From Phoronis australis (Eukaryota; Animalia; Phoronida), in contig NMRA01000611.1 of NCBI GenBank assembly GCA_002633005.1, forward strand, positions 184,248-248,247: a stretch of DNA of 64,000 bases, in the 5' to 3' direction. A program made the position numbers and the translations under genes. The stretch's first letter is position 1. Each line of letters starts with the position of its first letter. Of the stretch, positions 61,501-64,000 are shown piece by piece. The notes beneath the pieces were generated by a model, which saw nothing but the letters and a program-made list of their open reading frames with translations, did not search any database and was not told the DNA's origin.

Positions 61501-63631
61501 NNNNNNNNNNNNNNNNNNNNNNNNNNNNNNNNNNNNNNNNNNNNNNNNNNNNNNNNNNNNNNNNNNNNNNNNNNNNNNNNNNNNNNNNNNNNNNTTTGTC
61601 CATTCAGGGACGGTACAGAAGCGATGCATATCTTCTCTGCACGGTACAAGCCTTCAAACCTAAAAACCAAAGGTTACGTGAAAACTGACGTTATAGATTT
61701 CCATTTCAACGTGTAGATTTCCAGAAGACATATGATAGGGAGTAAACAAATAGTCTAATGCAATGGATATTTATCATTCACGTACCCTTTGCCATTGGGA
61801 TTGGATTGTAATCTCAACTCATTAACATCGAGTTGACAGCATAAACATTCAGCATTGATTGATGTAACTGTCACTGATAAACTTCTAGAAATCATTGCAA
61901 ACAATAATAATGCTTTGATGTACGAAAAGATCCCGATTGCTACGTCAAGTATCGTATCACATATCACAACATACAAAGATTAACCAGACTCTGGCTGGCG
62001 ACTGACTGCCGCGAAGTCGACATCGGCGAGTGCCTCAGTTAACAGGCATCGGTAGAATAATCATGGAATAATCGTTAAAATAATCACAAACCTTACCTTT
62101 GTATGAGGTCGTGCTACTTCCTCTCACAGAAGCACCCTTTTTACGCAATCTCAGATTCAGTTGGCACGGCTGCAAGCCATTTCACCATGTATTTAAAGGA
62201 CTCGCGAAATCGAGGCTGTTAATCTATCACCACTAGTACACGCACGCCCTCTAGTTATTGTAGATTTTCCGAATAGCCCCATTGAGAAGCAATAATTACC
62301 GTGATGGTGATGTACAGCAAGTCATTGGTAAGACCATAGACTATAGTACATCCACTGCCAACTCCATATATTTTTAATGGACGAAATCTGTGATCTTACG
62401 TATAAGGTGCGACGCAACTATTCAACAGCGACACCTGTCAAAATTAGCAAGTTTTACTTCTGGCAAGTACGTCGTCTGCTAATTGTGGTCGGCTGTTATG
62501 TGATTGGGTTGCCAAAAGTACTCATGATACCAACAGTTCTACTATTGGAAGACTTTGAATAGCGTTTCAATGCAGAATTTTTTTTTCATTGTACTGGATA
62601 GTAAAGTATATGCGAGAATTTCGTGTCACAATACACTAACCGGAAACTGAAATTTGTAATTTAAGAGAGTGGCGTCTCCTCTAGGATATTACACAAGAAA
62701 ATGTGGGGGTTGCGAATCCGTTGTCTATAATCTATGGTACGACAGAGCTGTGGCATTAAAGCAGTAAAAAGACTAAGGCACCAATGACTTGTATTAATTG
62801 CTTTGGAAACATGTTATTTTTATGAATGAACTTTTATCATCAAAATGAACATGTCATGGAAAAATCAGAGTTCATTTTCAGAGTCCCCTACGGATTCATT
62901 AGATCGATTAACAGTAGTTAATTGGAATTTGCTAATATTTACAAGAAGGGAAAATTAAGTTTAAGTGTGCTAAAATGGATTTCTCTGTTTTTGAAGATGG
63001 AAAACCAGGGTCTAATTCTTAGTTGATAAAATGAAGGAAATGAAACCTGCCTGTGTAGATGAAGTAAATTAATGCAGAATGTTACCTTTTGTAAAGGCTT
63101 TTTGGTCCATGTGACCTATTGTACTAACAACAAACGGTATTTTGAATCGTTTAGCCGATTTCTTTCAAAACAAAATGTGTAAAAATAGCAGTTCCTTGAA
63201 CCAGAAGTAATGAGTGTGACACGCTTCGTAAAATTCAAAACCGTCAATTTGTCCGAGTGATCTGTTCCCTCACTTTTCAGGTCTCATAAAGCCCACAGAA
63301 TTTCTGTCCCAATCCCCGGCGTTGCATGATTTACCTTTGACTCGAGCAATGATGCCTAAAACACCTAATAAAACTTCTATTGTACGCTGGATTCAGCTGG
63401 TCAGACTCACAGCGCTTGCTCACAATGTTAGATTTCTGGTTTGAATAATTCCTTAGCATATGGTATGGTCTGGGAGTAATATACATATTGGTCCTAGGTA
63501 TGATCTAGATTGCGTTGTCATTGTTTTGTATTATGTTTTTTTCCGTTTAGTTCCTGTTGTTGCTTGTTTCGCATATGCTGCCCCTCTTCACAAGTCAATG
63601 TTGTCCAAGTTGGTCACAACAAATGAGCAAG
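58525..63631 (+). CDS. SLC46 family (PCFT/SLC46A3-like) MFS transporter, 5' part; continues beyond the window
   Basis: Exon 58525-59590 (PVEPVILLYF, G.FCDRVGRK, AFIADT...SFRIA, LYQMNSPLCWNSIKIGY) with GTAACT donor. In-phase exon 63551-63631 (KSMLSKLVTTNEQG) with GTAAGT donor. Confidence 0.85.
60913..61594. other. Assembly gap (N run)
   Basis: Continuous run of n. Confidence 1.
62335..62736. mobile_element. MITE, P-element-like termini
   Basis: CATAGACTATAG...CTATAATCTATG termini; flanks GTAAGAC/GTACGAC form a 7-bp TSD with 1 mismatch. Confidence 0.6.
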
Positions 63632-64000
63632 GTAAGTTGAACCGTCAACTGTCAGTTCAGGTGACACACATCACCATTCAGAGTTGAAAAGACCATTTGC
63701 TTTTGGTTGTATGTAAAGGGCGTGGACAATGTGGTAAAGAGATCTTTTAATTCCCGACATTGAAAATTAATGAAAGTCGTGCAGGGTTGTGTATAGATCC
63801 CTTTCTGATGAGTTTCATTGCCCTAAATTTAAGAAACATCCTTGATGCTTTTTGTCTTGTTTTTATGAACTTTGATCATTGTCTCGTGGTATTAGGTGTG
63901 AATTATTAAACTTAAACTTGACACGATACCAGATATCTATGTGTGTGACAGTACATGCCAAAAGTAGTGGGACAGAATTCCATCGTGATGGGTGATGACC

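Noticed and set aside
60850-61716. Long ORFs across the N run
   Set aside because: Artefacts of the assembly gap.

Overview
AT-rich, intron-rich animal genomic DNA, probably an invertebrate; the taxon cannot be fixed from sequence. Three spliced genes were reconstructed by hand. (1) The 3' part of EPG5 (+, 12 exons, 3661-16557). (2) A complete 17-exon HAP2/GCS1 gamete-fusogen (fusexin) gene (-, 53792-21351, ~800 aa), largely missed by the ORF track. (3) The 5' part of an SLC46/PCFT-like MFS transporter (+, from 58525). Four intronless paralogues encode type II membrane proteins (TM, coiled coil, furin site, mini-collagen, short-chain collagen C4-like domain). Three lie antisense inside one 19-kb HAP2 intron, and one probably lies antisense in an EPG5 intron. 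The three HAP2-nested copies arose by tandem duplication of a unit that also carried the HAP2 'ECNKVGVS' signature exon, leaving two decayed pseudo-exons. Repeats include a decayed Penelope-like element, HINE/pearl-type composite repeats with CTCF-like motifs, MITE/foldback elements, tRNA-derived SINEs, a minisatellite and an assembly gap (60913-61594).
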